64,000 bases of DNA from Octopus sinensis (taxonomy: Eukaryota), in assembly GCF_006345805.1 (NCBI RefSeq), contig NC_043001.1, forward strand, positions 128,588,001 through 128,652,000, in the 5' to 3' direction. The first letter of the stretch is position 1. The number at the start of each line of letters is the position of its first letter. Positions 60,811 through 64,000 of the stretch are shown piece by piece. A model generated the notes under the pieces. The model was not told the origin of the DNA. It saw nothing but the letters and a program-made list of their open reading frames with translations, and searched no databases. The position numbers and the translations under genes were made by a program.

Positions 60811-60847
60811 TAATGCAACCATGCTATTTCTCATTTGTATATTTCAG

Positions 60848-60992
60848 GTTGTTTAGTTTCCGTCCAGCAGAAATCGTAGAGTTTTCCGTACAGAATTCAG
60901 AGCATGTACAACCACTTGATGTTCTCTACCTCAGTTACTTACATAACTTTCCCCTCCATCATTTCCATTCCTACATGATGGCAAGAATCAAC
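60848..60992 (+). CDS. HPS5: HPS5 exon, 145 nt (LFSFRPAEIVEFSVQNSEHVQPLDVLYLSYLHNFPLHHFHSYMMARIN)
   Basis: atttcag acceptor, AAC/gtaagc donor, phase 2 to 0. Roughly comparable to human [27 protein letters not shown]. Confidence 0.85.
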
Positions 60993-61094
60993 GTAAGCTT
61001 CGATAAGTAAGTAGAAAAATTTATTTCCATTCTTTATCTCAGAAAGCTTGTCTGCCACAACAGAACTGAGATCCTAAACTTTTAAGTGTCACAT

Positions 61095-61335
61095 AAAATA
61101 ATGTTCATCCTTCGGGTTCGAAGATGAACACTGGCATCATCTGGTGGAACTGCCGCTATGAGACCGGAGGTGGCTGGTGAGGCCAATCCGGGCAAGGAAG
61201 CCCCTCCCACAGGTGGGGCAGAAGGGGGTAGGGGCCGTGCTACTGGTGCAGGCGGCTCTGGCTTTCCGCATCTGGCGTTTCTGCTCTGCTGACCGAATCT
61301 GTCCCTCCTCGGCTGTCCCTGCTCCTGTGGTGATT
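61095..61335 (-). mobile_element. RTE (BovB/Expander-like) LINE 3' fragment
   Basis: AEQKRQMRKARA...CPTCGRGFLARIGLTSHLRSH, then a terminal stem-loop gttcatcttcg-aacc-cgaaggatgaac. Confidence 0.88.
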
Positions 61336-61840
61336 GCACTGCGCCAGGATGCTGGTACCACGTAAAAAGCACAGGTAATGGTGCCATGTAAAAAGCAACC
61401 AATACACTCTGTAAAATGGTTGGTGATAGGAAGGGCATTCAACCATAGAAACCAAACAGACCATGGAAAAGTGGTGCAACGCCTGGCCTTGCCAGTTCCT
61501 GCCAAGCCATTCAACCCATGCCAGCACGGAAAACCGACATTAAATGTTGATGATGCCTTCTCCTTATAATTTAATGTCCACTTTTCCATGATTGTAAAGA
61601 ATTTTTTTAAAGCAGATTTTCTACAGCTGGAAGCTTTTCCTGTCACCAATCCTCACCTGTCTCCAGGTAAGGTAAGATTACCCCATGGCCAGATATTTGT
61701 CATCGAAGGCCAGAAACAAACATTGTTTGTATGACTGATGCCTGTTTGCAACCATCACATGATGTCAAGACAAGGGTGCACATGTGCATGCACGCACACA
61801 CATGCACACACTTATATACTGCTGGTTTCTTCTGGTTTCT

Positions 61841-62080
61841 TATTTCTTTATTGCCCACAAGGAGCTAAACATAGAGGGAACAAACAAGGACAGACAATGG
61901 GTTTAAGTCGATTATATTGACCCCAGTGCGTAACTGGTAAACTGGTACTTATTTAATCGACCCTGAAAGGATGAAAGGCAAAGTCGACCTTGGCAGAATT
62001 TGAACTCAGAACGTAGTAACAGCAGACGAAATACTGCTAAGCATTTCGCCCGATGTGCTAGTGTTTCTTCCAGTTCGCCG
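61841..62080 (-). mobile_element. SINE family C; further decayed copies at about 12440-12602 (-), 40220-40620 and 48958-49140 (+)
   Basis: Homology by inspection. Confidence 0.8.
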
Positions 62081-63063
62081 CTTCTTCTGGTTTCTGCCCA
62101 CCTTATCCCCCTACGAAGGTTTAGTTGTCCTGAAGCTATAGTAGAACACACTTGCCCAAGGTGCCTTGTATCTGAAAGCAAATTCAGCTGTGAATAATAA
62201 CTTCTAATACATTATGTTAAAAATTCCTTGGATGGAAAAGAAAAGGCAGAAAGCTACTTATGGGAGGCAAACCATGCATCTTCTGACAGACATGCTATAG
62301 ATTACATTAAAACAACTTTCCCGCTTTCAGCCATCCAACTTTCCCGCTTTCATGCCTTGATCTTACCAGTGGGGTGGCATTATTTGAAAGCTACAACAAT
62401 GTAAAGAAGCACATTGTGGTGTATAACAACATTCGATAGAGTGGTTGATACAGTGATTGGTGATGTACCTCAAAACAAATTCATTATCATTATCGTTTTA
62501 ATGTCCACTTTTTTATGTTTGCATGGGTCAGACAGAATTTGTTGAATTAGATTTTCTATGGCCAGAGGCTTGACATCATCTTTAAGTAAAATCTCCAGAT
62601 GCTCAACATCAACTTGGAGGATGCAGAAGGGCTGGTAAAGGACCACCAATGATGGGGAACACTAGTGGACCTTGATGGCGCTTCACACAATTACACCTCT
62701 GGGACCCCATACCCATCAAGCAAGAACTTGAAGCAAGCATGGCCAAATGCCTTTCTTGTCACCAACCCTCACCTGTTCCTGAGCATGTTTTTACAGAAGA
62801 TTAGACTTAAAGAAAACCCCTGGTTTGACAGTGACACTTGTTTACAACTATCACATGATATCAAAACAAGGGGACACATGCGCACACTCACATGGCAAAT
62901 GTCTGTCAGTTATCATCTACTAAATACATTCACATGGCTTTGATCAGCCTAGGCACTTACCCAAGGTGCTGTGCAGTGGGATTTAACCTGAAACCACATG
63001 GCTGACAAGCAAACTTCTGAACTACACAGCTATAAATATTTATTTTATTTTTTTCCATCCAAG

Positions 63064-63176
63064 GTGTTTTTCACCCAATATATCATCAGCTATTATTTGT
63101 TAGTGAATTTGCTTCAAGATATACTTCGGAGTATATCTAAACTGGCTGACCCTCTGATTAAACTCATGCTCACCAG
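63064..63176 (+). CDS. HPS5: Possible next HPS5 exon (VFFTQYIISYYLLVNLLQDILRSISKLADPLIKLMLT); 3' boundary uncertain
   Basis: ttttccatccaag acceptor with phase 0, as required, in the frame of ORF 62998..63333. The donor (ag/gttcaa) is weak and I see no clear homology. Confidence 0.3.
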
Positions 63177-64000
63177 GTTCAAATGTAATATTTTATACTT
63201 AACCAGTGCTTATATTCACTACTCCATCGACTTGTCCACAACCTGGGGTAATACACAATTGATAGGAAGTTCAAGAGTTACTCTCAACTCTACTCAGGCC
63301 CAAGGTGGTAGTACTTGTCGAGAGCCCAGTTAGGTAATGGAAATTAGGAGCTTTGAACCTAACTTTAAATATAAAAGAAATAACTTTAGGCTGCAGATTT
63401 AATATCATTTTTTTCTATTTTAATTAATGGTTCCCATATGGCCTATATAAACTGATTCTTTTAGTTGTCTTTCAGTTTTGTCCATTTCTGTTATCTTGTT
63501 TTTGTTCCACAACAAAAAAGTTGTTTAAAGTTTCTGATTCAATCTTTTGGTCAGTCAGTTTGTATTTATTGTTGTTCAAGTGGCTAAACACTGCATCACA
63601 AACAGAAGACTAACTAATAGGAGACCATCCCTGTTATGGACAATGGAATGAGAACAATCTACCCATGTAGGTTTAAGTATTCAGTTAAAAATTCTGAGAA
63701 GATTAATGAATACAACAGCTATATGAAGCAGGTTGAAGGATACAATGGTCAAAATGTGATTATGACAACCAAGACAAGGACACAAGTTTGAATATATCAC
63801 AGTATAATACTCATTTCTTTGTTTCTATGTTTGATATATATATCATCATCATCATCATCATCATTTAACGTCCGCTTTCCATGCTAGCATGGGTTGGACG
63901 GTTCAACTGGGGTCTGTGAAGCCAGAAGGCTGCTTCAGGCCCAGTCTGATCTGGCAGTGTTTCTAGATATATATTTGTTTTTTTACTATTTTAAATATAC

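Larger units (their letters stand above)
9216..60992 (+). other. HPS5: HPS5 homolog gene span (partial: 5' exon(s) and 3' end not identified), 15 exons
   Basis: Exons join in frame with consistent phases and GT-AG boundaries. The N-terminal propeller motifs ([32 protein letters not shown]) match HPS5 as recalled (human [32 protein letters not shown]) better than TECPR2. Confidence 0.92.

Overview
AT-rich, repeat-dense eukaryotic genomic DNA. It is most likely from an octopod cephalopod (Octopus sp.); this is inferred from the repeat families as I recall them, not from a database search. One protein-coding gene crosses the window on the + strand: an HPS5 (BLOC-2 subunit, Drosophila pink) homolog. 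I reconstructed 15 phase-consistent GT-AG exons between 9216 and 60992 (5094 nt, 1698 codons). The first exon(s) were not found, and the 3' end probably lies beyond the window. The rest is intron: three tRNA-headed SINE families (called A, B, C here), a very abundant RTE-3'UTR-like repeat with an internal minisatellite (D), CR1/RTE/R4/Penelope fragments, a Tc1 element, piggyBac-, hAT-, Merlin- and Helentron-like MITEs, and many microsatellites. The most notable observations are: a U2 snRNA sequence split by a CR1-clade LINE 3' end at U2 nt 38, about where Utopia and Keno insert; a sense-strand intronic hammerhead ribozyme motif; an HDV-like ribozyme candidate at the 5' end of a short bipartite RTE-derived element; and several tandem and fold-back rearrangements. 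Repeat boundaries were read by eye and are approximate unless a TSD or TIR is quoted.
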